A stretch of DNA of 64,000 nt from Minisyncoccota bacterium (GCA_041665625.1 JBAYIK010000002.1:33126-97125), one strand, 5' to 3'. Shown: positions 48,476 to 58,300, counted from the first letter of the stretch. A program made the numbers and translations. The notes: generated by a model from the letters alone, not told the origin.

Positions 48476-48553
48476 ATTATAGCAACTTAGGGCAATTAAG
48501 AGAAGTGGGGAAAGCTAAATTAACCAAAAATGTTAAACATCGGATGTTTAACA
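48476..48553 (-). promoter_or_regulatory. Extended -10 promoter (TGcTATAAT) plus an upstream perfect 11-bp inverted repeat, a candidate regulator site for the surface-protein gene
   Basis: Minus strand ...gttgcTATAAT with the -10 at 48481-48476. The palindrome TGTTAAACATC-g-GATGTTTAACA at 48531-48553 lies about 50 nt upstream. Confidence 0.45.
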
Positions 48554-48572
48554 TTTTTGGTGTGTTGTAATT

Positions 48573-48617
48573 AAAAACCCGCCACTTGGAGGTTTAACCT
48601 CCAAGTGGCGGGTTTTT
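48573..48617. terminator. Very strong bidirectional terminator insulating gyrB from the surface-protein locus
   Basis: Perfect 20-bp stem AAAAACCCGCCACTTGGAGGTT-taa-CCTCCAAGTGGCGGGTTTTT. Confidence 0.65.
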
Positions 48618-48705
48618 GCAGCTAAGCGAGGCTTAGTAATTATGAAAAGCTCCCCCTTCGCTCTTGCAGAGCTACGGAGGGACAGGCTCGTGAAGCTAGT
48701 ATCTA

Positions 48706-48892
48706 AGCTCGGCGTCGTTCGGTAAAACAACCTCGCGGAGCTACGGCCAGCATGGTTTTTGCCATTTGGTCGTAGACAGGCAATATCAAGGACTCCCCTT
48801 GATATTGCGATGGCAAAATGGCCGTCGCGGAGAGTAAGAAAACCATTCGCAGGAATGGTTTTCTGTGTTGTTTTACTGAAGCGACGCCGAGC
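48706..48892. repeat. 187-bp palindromic MITE-like element, copy D
   Basis: Near-identical to copy C with the same orientation. It ends 2 nt from the gyrB stop codon. Confidence 0.8.
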
Positions 48893-48894
48893 GC

Positions 48895-50967
48895 TTATGC
48901 GTCAACATTTGCGAGTTTAGCATGCGTCTGGATAAAGATTTTGCGAGGTTCAACTTCAGAGCCCATCAAGACATCAAAGGTTTTGTCGGCTTCTTCGGCA
49001 TCGCGAATAGTAATTTGCTTCATCACACGGCTAGCTGGGTTCATGGTTGTCTCCCACAATTCCTCTGGGTTCATTTCTCCAAGACCCTTGTAGCGCTGAA
49101 TTGAGATCTTGCTTGTTCTTGATTTAATATTCCCCTCTTCTTCTGAGATTTCAGCATCCACATCTGTTTCATTGTCTGGCTCATCTTCAGTCTCAACCAC
49201 GGCCACTTCTTCTTCGCCACCACTCATTTCTTTAATCAAACGATTTTTCTCTTCATCACTATAAGCATAATTCATATCCTTGCCCTTCTTAATCTTATAG
49301 AGAGGAGGTTGAGCAATATAAATATGTCCGGCATCGATAAGCGGGCGGTAATAACGGAAGAAGAGAGTCAACAAAAGTGTAGAGATGTGCGCGCCGTCCA
49401 CGTCGGCATCGGTCGCGATAATAATTTTATGATAACGTAGGCGCGAGAGATCCATCATATCGCCAATACCCACACCCATAGCAATGATTAGAGATTTAAC
49501 TTCTTTAGATGCAAGCATTTTATCAAGGCGGGCCTTCTCAACATTCAAAATTTTGCCACGCAAAGGAAGAATGGCTTGGGTGCGACGATCACGTCCTTGC
49601 TTACTCGATCCACCGGCCGAGTCTCCCTCTACAATGAAGATTTCGGATTCCTCGGGGCTACGGCTCTGACAATCAGCGAGCTTACCAGGCAAAGTCATGC
49701 CCTCAAGCGCCCCCTTACGAATCACGCTATCCTTGGCCGCCTTAGCCGCCTTCCTCGCTTTAAGAGCTAAGATAGACTTACTAATGATGGCCTTGGCATC
49801 GTCTGGATTCTCTTCGAGATAAATATTCAAAGCCTCGCCGAAGACCGTCTCGACGGCTCCACGAGCCTCTACGCTACCGAGTTTGGCCTTGGTCTGACCT
49901 TCGAATTGGGGGTTGCGCAATTTGACCGAGACGACAGCGGTCATTCCCTCACGGACGTCATCCCCAGTTAAGCTCCCCTCACTTTCTTTAAGAATATTAT
50001 TCTTCTTACCGTAATCATTTAGGATACGAGTTAAAGCAGTACGGAAACCTGTTAGGTGCATACCGCCTTCGGGAGTGATGGTGTTGTTAGTAAAACTTAT
50101 TTCTTTGAAATCAATATCGTCAACGTATTGCAAAGCAACCTCAACCATAATGTCGTTGGCCTCCTTCTCAACATAAAAGATCTCACGATGAAGCGGTTTG
50201 TCGTGACGATTATAATAACGAACAAGGGATAGTAAACCGCCCTCGAAATAGAAAGATTTGTTAGGGGCCTCAAGACCAAGCTCGGACAAGAAAAAGACTT
50301 TGTCGGTGTCTATTTTCTCTTTGACCTCACGAGCATCAATAACTCTAATTCTTAAACCTTTAACCAAGTAGGCCTGACCACGGAGATGGTTGACCATGCG
50401 GTCCCAATCATAGACGGTCTCAGAAAAAATTGTCGGGTCAGGTTGGAAGCTGATTATAGTGCCATGGAGCTTAGAAGAAGAGACTTTCTTAACATTATAT
50501 TTTTTCTTCCCAATGGCAAACTCTTGCATATACTTACCACCGTCACGATGAACCTCTGCCTTAAGCCAAGTGGAGAGAGCGTTTACCACCGAAGCACCCA
50601 CACCATGCAAACCACCAGAAATTTTATAAGAATCGCCCTCGAATTTACCACCAGCATGGAGGACAGTAAGAACAGTCTCAAGCGTAGAGACCTTGGTCTT
50701 CTTGTGCACTTCAACAGGGATACCGGTACCATTATCAACGACACGGATAGCGTTGCCAGGAAGTATGGCCACCTCAATCTCATTACAAAAACCGTTCATC
50801 GCTTCGTCGCGAGAGTTATCAAAAATCTCAACCATCAAGTGATGGAGACCATCAGGACCCGTTGAGCCAATATACATACCAGGACGCTTGCGCACTGGCT
50901 CTAGACCCTCAAGGACGACGATGTCGTCGGCCCCATAGTGACGTGTTTTTGTGTTGTCTTTAGCCAT
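48895..50967 (-). CDS. gyrB: DNA gyrase subunit B
   Basis: YGADDIVVLEGLEPVRKRPGMYIGSTG, ATPase and TOPRIM motifs. The ATG at 50967 is preferred over the TTG at 50982. Confidence 0.9.
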   Translation of the reverse strand: MAKDNTKTRHYGADDIVVLEGLEPVRKRPGMYIGSTGPDGLHHLMVEIFDNSRDEAMNGFCNEIEVAILPGNAIRVVDNGTGIPVEVHKKTKVSTLETVLTVLHAGGKFEGDSYKISGGLHGVGASVVNALSTWLKAEVHRDGGKYMQEFAIGKKKYNVKKVSSSKLHGTIISFQPDPTIFSETVYDWDRMVNHLRGQAYLVKGLRIRVIDAREVKEKIDTDKVFFLSELGLEAPNKSFYFEGGLLSLVRYYNRHDKPLHREIFYVEKEANDIMVEVALQYVDDIDFKEISFTNNTITPEGGMHLTGFRTALTRILNDYGKKNNILKESEGSLTGDDVREGMTAVVSVKLRNPQFEGQTKAKLGSVEARGAVETVFGEALNIYLEENPDDAKAIISKSILALKARKAAKAAKDSVIRKGALEGMTLPGKLADCQSRSPEESEIFIVEGDSAGGSSKQGRDRRTQAILPLRGKILNVEKARLDKMLASKEVKSLIIAMGVGIGDMMDLSRLRYHKIIIATDADVDGAHISTLLLTLFFRYYRPLIDAGHIYIAQPPLYKIKKGKDMNYAYSDEEKNRLIKEMSGGEEEVAVVETEDEPDNETDVDAEISEEEGNIKSRTSKISIQRYKGLGEMNPEELWETTMNPASRVMKQITIRDAEEADKTFDVLMGSEVEPRKIFIQTHAKLANVDA

Positions 50968-51032
50968 AAAAATAAACGCCAAAAGGCTTAATTTACTCCC
51001 CCATTATAGCATATTTGCCGGCCTTCAAACAA

Positions 51033-52979
51033 CTATTTTCTGACCTCGTAATCCTTGGTTTCGAGAGCATTAATAGCCTTATTTAGCTCAGTATTCGCTT
51101 CATCATCAGAGAGGGTTCGATCATAGGATTGGAAGACGAGGCGGAAGGCGAGAGACTTCCTTCCCTCTTTAGAGAATTCATCAAAAAGAATGGGGCCGAG
51201 AACGCAGAGCTCGCTTACTGATTTTTTAATCAAATCGGCGACCTCTTCGGAGCTGGTCGCTTCGGGAACCCAAACTGCGACATCGCGAATAATGCGAGGA
51301 TAATTGGAAATAGGTTGATAATTAAAAGCGGGAGATAAATAATCGGACAAATTTGCTGGCTCAATCTCTTTTATTTTTTCCAGAAGTTCATCGAGACTAA
51401 ATTCAACGACAGCCGTTGTCTCGGTTGCCTTGAGCTGTGCGAGATCCAATCTCAAGGCTCCCCGAGATTGGATCTCGCACAGCTCTGAAACTTTTTCCAT
51501 TTCTTTTTTTATATCTACCCCTTTAATTTTCTTCCTATACCCAATCCCAATCGCAATATTCGTCTGCTCGGCAAAACCCGTCTTGAAAACTTTTCCAATT
51601 TCAAAAATCTTCACTGGTTCAGTATCAAAGAGAACATAATTCAAATTAAAAGCGATTCTCTCACTAAGCCAATCCGAGAGATTGGTGCGCAAGAAGCCCT
51701 TATCGCTCGCCAGAGGATTGGCCAATTCTACTTCACCCTTGTCAGTTAAAGCGTAACCCATCACTTCAGTGAAGCCTTCTTTAGCAAGAGTTTCTCGCAG
51801 TTTATTTTTAAGAGCAAAACGTTTCTCCGACAAGGAGCCAAAGGACTTTCCTTGAATGGCTCCCAAAGGAGAGTCCTTGGGCGAAGCAAGCAGCTCAGGC
51901 TTTATTTTCTCATACCCATAAATCCGTCCCACCTCCTCAACGATATTCGCTTCTTCTTCAAGATCCACTCGCCAATGAGGGATAATTAGACTTAATTCCG
52001 TTCCCGTAACGGACACCCCAATCCCCAACCTCTCCAAAATACTTTTTATCTCTGAAGCACTCACTTCAACTCCCAAACGGCTATTGATATACTCAGCGGT
52101 AATTTTTATCTCTTTTTTCTCTTGAGGTGACAGATAAACATCCACCACACCACAATATTCCCCACCAGCGATATCTTGAAGCAAGTCAACAAGTCGAATC
52201 ATGGCAAGTAGTGCCGTCTCTGGTGATAAATTATTCTCGAAGGCTTTAGAGGCGTCAGTGCGCACACCAACCTTAGCACTAGTTCTCCGGATTAAAACAG
52301 GGTCAAAATTAGCCGATTCGAGAATCAAGTTCTTAGTATTCGCGTCTACCTCCGCTCTATTGCCCCCCTTAATACCAGCCAAGGCTAAGGGACCTTGACC
52401 ATCGGCAATGACCAAAATACTCTCATCTAAAACCAAATTCTTATTATCAAGAGTGGTCATTGTCTCCCCTTCCTTTGCTCGTCTCACGACAATATCCCCC
52501 TCCAATTTATCGGCATCAAAGGCGTGCATCGGTTGGCCGATGTCGAACATCACATAATTGGTCGCATCAACAATATTATTGATTGAGCGTTGGCCAAGAG
52601 ACTCGAGCGCTTGGGCTAGCCACTTAGGGGACGGACCAACCTTAACACCTCTCACACGCACACCAACATAACGACGACAAGCCTTTCCATCTTCAATCTT
52701 AATATTAAGATCTTGAATTTTGCCCAAAGCCATATCACTCGAAGTCTTAGGAAGAGAAAAAGGTAAATCAAAAATTGCCGAACATTCTCTAGCGACACCC
52801 TCGTGACAGAGACAATCATGAGCGCGATCGGGCAAAACTTTTATTTCTAACAAAGTATCGTCACCTTTCTTTTCTATTCCCTCCACTTCAAAAGCATGGA
52901 AAATAATCCCCTCCTCAACCTTCTCTGGTGGGGGTAAATCGGGAACATATTTTTTCAACCAATTTAATGAGAAAAGCAT
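51033..52979 (-). CDS. pheT: Phenylalanine--tRNA ligase beta subunit (compact form)
   Basis: MLFSLNWLKKYVPD start and B3/4, B5 and catalytic-like domains. Confidence 0.9.
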   Translation of the reverse strand: MLFSLNWLKKYVPDLPPPEKVEEGIIFHAFEVEGIEKKGDDTLLEIKVLPDRAHDCLCHEGVARECSAIFDLPFSLPKTSSDMALGKIQDLNIKIEDGKACRRYVGVRVRGVKVGPSPKWLAQALESLGQRSINNIVDATNYVMFDIGQPMHAFDADKLEGDIVVRRAKEGETMTTLDNKNLVLDESILVIADGQGPLALAGIKGGNRAEVDANTKNLILESANFDPVLIRRTSAKVGVRTDASKAFENNLSPETALLAMIRLVDLLQDIAGGEYCGVVDVYLSPQEKKEIKITAEYINSRLGVEVSASEIKSILERLGIGVSVTGTELSLIIPHWRVDLEEEANIVEEVGRIYGYEKIKPELLASPKDSPLGAIQGKSFGSLSEKRFALKNKLRETLAKEGFTEVMGYALTDKGEVELANPLASDKGFLRTNLSDWLSERIAFNLNYVLFDTEPVKIFEIGKVFKTGFAEQTNIAIGIGYRKKIKGVDIKKEMEKVSELCEIQSRGALRLDLAQLKATETTAVVEFSLDELLEKIKEIEPANLSDYLSPAFNYQPISNYPRIIRDVAVWVPEATSSEEVADLIKKSVSELCVLGPILFDEFSKEGRKSLAFRLVFQSYDRTLSDDEANTELNKAINALETKDYEVRK

Positions 52980-52994
52980 GGCTTAGTTTTTAAG

Positions 52995-53843
52995 TTAAAA
53001 TTGCTTCAAAAAACGCAAATCACCGTTAGTAAAAAAGCGAATATCGTCAATCGCCCACTTGGTCATCGCGAGACGCTCAACGCCGATACCAAAGGCAAAA
53101 CCAGACCAAATTTTCTCATCCAAGCCAACAGCACGAAAGACGTTGGGATGGACCATTCCCGCTCCACCCATCTCCATCCAGCCAGTGCCCGAGCACAGAG
53201 CGCATTGGTTACCCTTCACTGGTTTGCCATGGCCATCATTGCAACGAATGCAAACTAGGTCGAACTCGAAACCTGGTTCAACAAAGGGAAAAAATGATGG
53301 GCGCAAACGAATCGACAAATCAGCGCCATAAAGACTCTCAAAGAATTGTTCGAGGTAACCCTTAAGGTGCGCAACGGTCACGCCCTTATCAACTAGCAAG
53401 CCTTCAATCTGATGGAATTGTGACTCGTGACGAGCGTCAGTGGCCTCTTGACGATAGACTTTGCCAGGAACGACAATGCGGAGCGGGGGTTGGCCGCCAC
53501 TCTTCAACATCTCTTCCATGAAGCGAATCTGGACAGCGCTAGTTTGGGTGCGTAACAAGGTTTTAGGTTTTAGGTTTTGGCTTTTAGGCTCAGCTCCAAG
53601 ATTATCCCTCCCAGCTAAAAGCTCCTCGCTCAAAGCCCCTTTTGGATCTTTGATCCAAAAGGTATCCTGCATGTCACGAGAAGGGTGATCGGCGGGGACA
53701 TTGAGCGCGTCAAAATTATGGAATTCGTCCTCAATCTCCGGCCCCTCAGCCACCTCAAAACCCATGCCGTGGAAGGCGGTGACGACCTGATTGATCACCT
53801 GGGTGAGGGGGTGAATATGCCCTTTTTCTTCAGTATTTTTCAC
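52995..53843 (-). CDS. pheS: Phenylalanine--tRNA ligase alpha subunit (catalytic core only)
   Basis: Class II motifs FPFVEPGFEFDLVC and GWMEMGGAGMVHPNVF. Confidence 0.9.
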   Translation of the reverse strand: MKNTEEKGHIHPLTQVINQVVTAFHGMGFEVAEGPEIEDEFHNFDALNVPADHPSRDMQDTFWIKDPKGALSEELLAGRDNLGAEPKSQNLKPKTLLRTQTSAVQIRFMEEMLKSGGQPPLRIVVPGKVYRQEATDARHESQFHQIEGLLVDKGVTVAHLKGYLEQFFESLYGADLSIRLRPSFFPFVEPGFEFDLVCIRCNDGHGKPVKGNQCALCSGTGWMEMGGAGMVHPNVFRAVGLDEKIWSGFAFGIGVERLAMTKWAIDDIRFFTNGDLRFLKQF

Positions 53844-53962
53844 CTCCTGATTATAGCAAAAACCACCAATCCCGCCACCTCCCCCATCCCTCGCCAGACC
53901 TCAAGTGCCGCGCCCCTCGAAGCTTTAGCGAAGTGGGGAGCCCGAGGTGTTGCGAGGTGAAG

Positions 53963-54697
53963 CTACTTAATAAATTTGACTGTCGAAATAATTTTTTCCA
54001 CTTTAATGTAATCATTGGCATCGTAAGCATCTACACTTAACCCTTGGTAACCGTCTTTGGGTACTCCATACAAAACAAATCCATACACTTTTTCTCCATA
54101 GAAAAATACATATCTTACGTCTCCATCAGGCAAAGTGCCTTCATGCTTAAGAACAGTCAAGCCGTTAATTTCTTTTTCTTCATTTTTAAAACAAACACCA
54201 AAACTACATCCATCTGGATAAAAGAATTTTAAATAATCTTCCTTTGATACTTTGTTTCCTTTTGAATCAACAATTTTCTCTCCAGCGACAAAACCAAGAA
54301 ATTGTTCTTCCCCTTGTTTTACCTTGTCGCTACTGTCCACATACTTTTTTGTAAACATAAGAAGATTATCATCTGAAGTAGACACAAACCAATTATTGGG
54401 GTATTTAAACTCAAATCCGTACTGATCATTTTTATACGTCTTCCAATCTTCTGCTCCAGTAACAACCTTGACAACAGGACACTCCCCTCCTTCGCATGAA
54501 GCTACGGCAGGGCAAGGCGCAAATTCGCAATTAGGGCCTTGGCGCCCGACCGAAGATCCATCGGGGCAAACTTTTGCTTCTTCGGTGCAGGCCTTCTGTA
54601 TTGGGACATTAACAACAGGCTTATTCATTTGATAATAGGTAAACCCCGCGCCAGCAACGATAATAACTAGGACAAGAGCAATTAAATATTTTTTCAT
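53963..54697 (-). CDS. Hypothetical secreted Cys-rich protein
   Basis: N-terminal TM/signal sequence MKKYLIALVLVIIVAGAGFTYY. Confidence 0.5.
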   Translation of the reverse strand: MKKYLIALVLVIIVAGAGFTYYQMNKPVVNVPIQKACTEEAKVCPDGSSVGRQGPNCEFAPCPAVASCEGGECPVVKVVTGAEDWKTYKNDQYGFEFKYPNNWFVSTSDDNLLMFTKKYVDSSDKVKQGEEQFLGFVAGEKIVDSKGNKVSKEDYLKFFYPDGCSFGVCFKNEEKEINGLTVLKHEGTLPDGDVRYVFFYGEKVYGFVLYGVPKDGYQGLSVDAYDANDYIKVEKIISTVKFIK

Positions 54698-54739
54698 AAA
54701 AATTTATTGATTAATAAACCTATCTATATACTAACACAG

Positions 54740-55153
54740 CTAGACCAAATATTCCTTAAGGGTTTTCCGCCATTTTCGCCCCTTGCCCTTGTTTAGATTA
54801 CGGAAATATGGGGTTAAAGAATGGCAATTGGGACACAATAAAATCAAATTAGTCTCAACATTATTGTCGGAATTCCCATCAATATGATCGACTTCTAGCG
54901 GCACTCGACCGGTAATTGGATGTTTTTTGTTCCAGCCACATTTGGCACACTTTTCTTTATATTTATCTAGGAGGTATCTTTTTAGGTGCCCTGAAATATT
55001 TTTTGTTATTGTTCCTTTAACTCCGCCTTCATTACCACTTTTCCATTTTTTTATATAAGAATGATATTGGTAATCATGCTGACACTGATTAGAACAAAAC
55101 TTTATTTTATGCCTTTCAATTAGTTCTTTGGCACAATTTTCACATTTTCTCAT
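54740..55153 (-). CDS. Free-standing HNH endonuclease
   Basis: CENCAK...CSNQCQ plus EVDHIDGNSDNNVETNLILLCPNCH. It lies immediately next to tRNA-Thr. Confidence 0.7.
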   Translation of the reverse strand: MRKCENCAKELIERHKIKFCSNQCQHDYQYHSYIKKWKSGNEGGVKGTITKNISGHLKRYLLDKYKEKCAKCGWNKKHPITGRVPLEVDHIDGNSDNNVETNLILLCPNCHSLTPYFRNLNKGKGRKWRKTLKEYLV

Positions 55154-55213
55154 GTTTTAAGTATACCAAAAGTAACCCTGCTACGGGTATACAAAAAAGA
55201 GGATAATTCTTTG

Positions 55214-55286
55214 AGCCGGTGAGAGGATTCGGACCCCTGGCATCCACTTTACAAAAGTGGCGCTCTACCAACTGAGCTACACCGGC
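55214..55286 (-). tRNA. tRNA-Thr(UGU)
   Basis: The minus strand reads GCCGGTGTAGCTCAGTTGGTAGAGCGCCACTTTTGTAAAGTGG...GGTCCGAATCC...CACCGGC with discriminator U. Confidence 0.85.
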
Positions 55287-55305
55287 ATTTTATTTTCAAA
55301 CAATC

Positions 55306-55728
55306 CTACTTCTCCCCTTCTTCATTCAATGCCTCACTCTGCAACTCGGCCATGGCATTCTCTTTATGATCCTTAATTTCTCTTAAGAAGAAAGAGACTT
55401 TATCGGTCTTGTGGATATCGTCCAACTCGGGCATATTGGCAGCAATCATATTGAAACGTCTCTCAACCTTCACAATCACGAAGCGCGCAGTCGAGATACA
55501 ATTCTTAATGAAGTGCACCGAGAAGAGATAACCCTTAAGCAATATCTCTCTAAAGAAATGAACAATCTTGAAGGCCATATAATCTATTACCAACCCCGTC
55601 ACCGCATAATGCTCGAGACTGCGATAATCAATATTTAATCCACGATTATAGCGAACCTGCCGAGCGAGGATGAAGACCAATCCGGCAAGCGAGATTAAAG
55701 AGAGCACCGCTAAAATGTAATAGACCAT
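55306..55728 (-). CDS. Hypothetical membrane protein
   Basis: N-terminal TM helix and an acidic C-terminus. Confidence 0.45.
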   Translation of the reverse strand: MVYYILAVLSLISLAGLVFILARQVRYNRGLNIDYRSLEHYAVTGLVIDYMAFKIVHFFREILLKGYLFSVHFIKNCISTARFVIVKVERRFNMIAANMPELDDIHKTDKVSFFLREIKDHKENAMAELQSEALNEEGEK

Positions 55729-55746
55729 ATTTTTTAAATCCTCGAA

Positions 55747-56208
55747 CTAGGAATTGGTGGCAAAACGAGAAAAACGAACAACCTCAATGCGCTCACCAAA
55801 TTTCTGCACATAATTCTTAATCAAGGCATCGATAGTAAGACTTGGGTCCTTGATATAAGGCTGAGCTAAGAGTTCATCAATATCAGCGGGATTCATAGCA
55901 GTGATATGCATCGCAATCTCATCGGCCAAGGCCTTGAATTCAGGGTTCTTAGAGACGAAGTCGGTCTCGGAGTGAAGTTGAACCATGGCTCCCATCAAAC
56001 CGTTGCTGTGGAGATAAGCGCTAATAGTCCCAGCCTTAAGTTCGCGAGAAGACTTCTTCTCAGCGATAGCAGCCCCGGCCTCCTTCAATAAGCCAACAGC
56101 CTTGTCCATATCACCACCAGCATCTTCTAAAGCTTGCTTGCATTGAGCGATAGAGATCCCTGTTCGCTCACGTAATTCTTTAATTTGATCCGTAGTGATA
56201 TTTGACAT
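55747..56208 (-). CDS. tsf: Elongation factor Ts (short form)
   Basis: UBA-like N-terminus ITTDQIKELRERTGISIAQCKQALEDAGGDMDKAV. The start is the ATG at 56208. Confidence 0.8.
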   Translation of the reverse strand: MSNITTDQIKELRERTGISIAQCKQALEDAGGDMDKAVGLLKEAGAAIAEKKSSRELKAGTISAYLHSNGLMGAMVQLHSETDFVSKNPEFKALADEIAMHITAMNPADIDELLAQPYIKDPSLTIDALIKNYVQKFGERIEVVRFSRFATNS

Positions 56209-56274
56209 TTTTTTAGTTAAATACTTATCGCCCAAGGGCGAATTATTAAATTGTTAATTTTAAAAATTTAAAAT

Positions 56275-57042
56275 TTAGGCAACAACCTTAGCAGTTTCAG
56301 TAGCCTGAGCGGTAGCCTCAGCGGCCTTCTTATCGCTCTCACGAAGACCCTCCTTATGGGCCTCAGCAATCTCACGAGCAAAGAAATCAATCACTTTAAG
56401 CTGGGCATCGTTAGCAACGATTGGATGAGAGATACCGCGGATATCACAATCAGAGTTGGCAAGAGCAATAACGGGAATACTAAGCTTAATCGCCTCAGCG
56501 ACAGCAATGCTCTCCTTCTTAGAATCAACAACGAAGATAGCGCCAGGGAGTTTGGTCAAAGTGATAAGGCTAGCGAAGTAGCGCTCGAGGTCAGAAACTT
56601 CTTTGGCAATAACACCACGCTCCTTCTTAGTATATTTGGAGAGCTCACCCTTAGCCTCCTGATCCTTAAGGTCGATCAAGCGGTCGATACGGCTACGAAT
56701 TTGCTTGAAGTTGGTCATAGTACCACCAATCCAGCGCTCATTGACGTAAGGCAAATCATATTCAACAGCAATGTTCTGGATAACGGTCGCAGCCTCTTTC
56801 TTGGTACCAACAAGAATAATATTCTTCTTGGCCATGCCAATAGACTTGGCGAACTCACAAGCAGTGGCTAGAGAGTCAGCTGTTTTCTCTAAATCGATGA
56901 TAACGGTCTTATTTTTGAGCCCAAACAAAAAAGGCTTGGTGGAGGCGTGTCGACTCTCGCGGGCGTAGCCAAAATGGGCACCCAAATCGAACATTTTCTT
57001 GACCAATTCGTCCTTGGAAATTTCTTTTATATTTACTGACAT
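56275..57042 (-). CDS. rpsB: 30S ribosomal protein S2
   Basis: MKKMFDLGAHFGY... and a conserved S2 fold. It sits in the rpsB-tsf operon. Confidence 0.9.
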   Translation of the reverse strand: MSVNIKEISKDELVKKMFDLGAHFGYARESRHASTKPFLFGLKNKTVIIDLEKTADSLATACEFAKSIGMAKKNIILVGTKKEAATVIQNIAVEYDLPYVNERWIGGTMTNFKQIRSRIDRLIDLKDQEAKGELSKYTKKERGVIAKEVSDLERYFASLITLTKLPGAIFVVDSKKESIAVAEAIKLSIPVIALANSDCDIRGISHPIVANDAQLKVIDFFAREIAEAHKEGLRESDKKAAEATAQATETAKVVA

Positions 57043-57069
57043 ACAGAAAAGAGTTTAACAGAAAAGCCT

Positions 57070-58041
57070 TTAATTGGCAACAGTCTCGGGCTCCCCAGCC
57101 AAACCAGCCTTTAAATCCGCAATCATTGGCCCCATCTCCCCGGCGAGGATGCGCTCCATACCGTGCCAGTTCTTCTTGATACGGTGGTCGGTGATGCGGT
57201 CTTGAAGATAATTGTAGGTGCGGATTTTCTCCGAGCGGTCGGCGGTGCCAATTTGGCTCTTACGCTCAGCCGAGTACTTAGCCTCTTCCTTCTGGCGCTC
57301 CATATCCTCAATCTTAGCGGAAAGCAGGGCCAAAGCTTTCTCTTTGTTACGAAGCTGGGTGCGCTCACTCTGACTACGAACCATAAGGCCGGTTGGCTTG
57401 TGGACCATACGTACGGCGGTCTCTACCTTGTTCACATTCTGTCCACCGGCTCCACCAGAACGAGTAAATTCTATTTCTAGATCAGCTGGATTAATCTTTA
57501 CAGTACTAAATTCACGAACGGGAAGAACCGCTACTGAGATAGTAGAGGTATGCACACGACCCTGCTTCTCGGTCGCTGGCACTCGTTGCACGCGATGTAC
57601 ACCCATCTCATTCTTGAAGGCATCATAAGCCCCCTCACCAGAAACTTCAAAGGTTGCATCTTTATAACCACCCAGCTCTGAAGGGGCTGAATCAACAAGA
57701 GAGAAACTCCACCCTTGCGAAGCAGCATATTTGGAGTACATCTCCGAGAGCTCGTAGGCAAAAAGGGCCGACTCAGTACCACCGGCACCGGCCCGCATTT
57801 CTATCATCACGGTGCGGGGATCATCATTCTCCCCTTCTTTAGGAGCCAAAATTTCCTCCATCTTCGCAAAAAGATCAGCCTGCTCTTTCTCAAGATTTTT
57901 TACTTCTTCTTCGACAAGCTCTTTGACCGAATCATCGCCCACGGCTAAAGCCTTAGCCTCTTCAATCTGACGCGTAAAATTATCATACAAACCAGCCAAA
58001 TAAGCGGTTTTATTATTAGCTCTAAAATCAGAGATTTCCAT
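57070..58041 (-). CDS. prfA: Peptide chain release factor 1
   Basis: GGQ motif [11 protein letters not shown] and the PAT tripeptide (RF1 type). Confidence 0.85.
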   Translation of the reverse strand: MEISDFRANNKTAYLAGLYDNFTRQIEEAKALAVGDDSVKELVEEEVKNLEKEQADLFAKMEEILAPKEGENDDPRTVMIEMRAGAGGTESALFAYELSEMYSKYAASQGWSFSLVDSAPSELGGYKDATFEVSGEGAYDAFKNEMGVHRVQRVPATEKQGRVHTSTISVAVLPVREFSTVKINPADLEIEFTRSGGAGGQNVNKVETAVRMVHKPTGLMVRSQSERTQLRNKEKALALLSAKIEDMERQKEEAKYSAERKSQIGTADRSEKIRTYNYLQDRITDHRIKKNWHGMERILAGEMGPMIADLKAGLAGEPETVAN

Positions 58042-58050
58042 TATTGCTAT

Positions 58051-58275
58051 CTACCTGGACTTCTTTTTAGAAGTAGTAGCTTTAGCGGCACGGCCCTTGA
58101 ATTTCTCAACGCGGCCAGCGATGTCTAAGGTTTTCTCGGTACCAGTAAAGAAGGGGTGACAAGCACTGCAGATTTCTACATTCATCTTCTCAACTGTTGA
58201 ACCAATAGTAAAGGTGTTACCGCAAGCGCAGGTAACTTTGGTTTCATAATATTTAGGATGGGTGTCTTTCTTCAT
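58051..58275 (-). CDS. rpmE: 50S ribosomal protein L31
   Basis: [10 protein letters not shown]...CACGNTF...[10 protein letters not shown]. Confidence 0.85.
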   Translation of the reverse strand: MKKDTHPKYYETKVTCACGNTFTIGSTVEKMNVEICSACHPFFTGTEKTLDIAGRVEKFKGRAAKATTSKKKSR

Positions 58276-58300
58276 ACCAAGGAACTATAACAGTATTTTA

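Noticed and set aside
45437-48892. The 187-bp repeats as a CRISPR array
   Set aside because: There are only two full copies, 3 kb apart. They are internally palindromic with terminal inverted repeats and flank a protein-coding gene. There is no repeat-spacer periodicity and no cas genes.
53555-53582. Nucleotide tandem repeat ggtttta x3
   Set aside because: It lies inside pheS on the coding strand, where it encodes the KPKT stretch. It is not an intergenic regulatory repeat.
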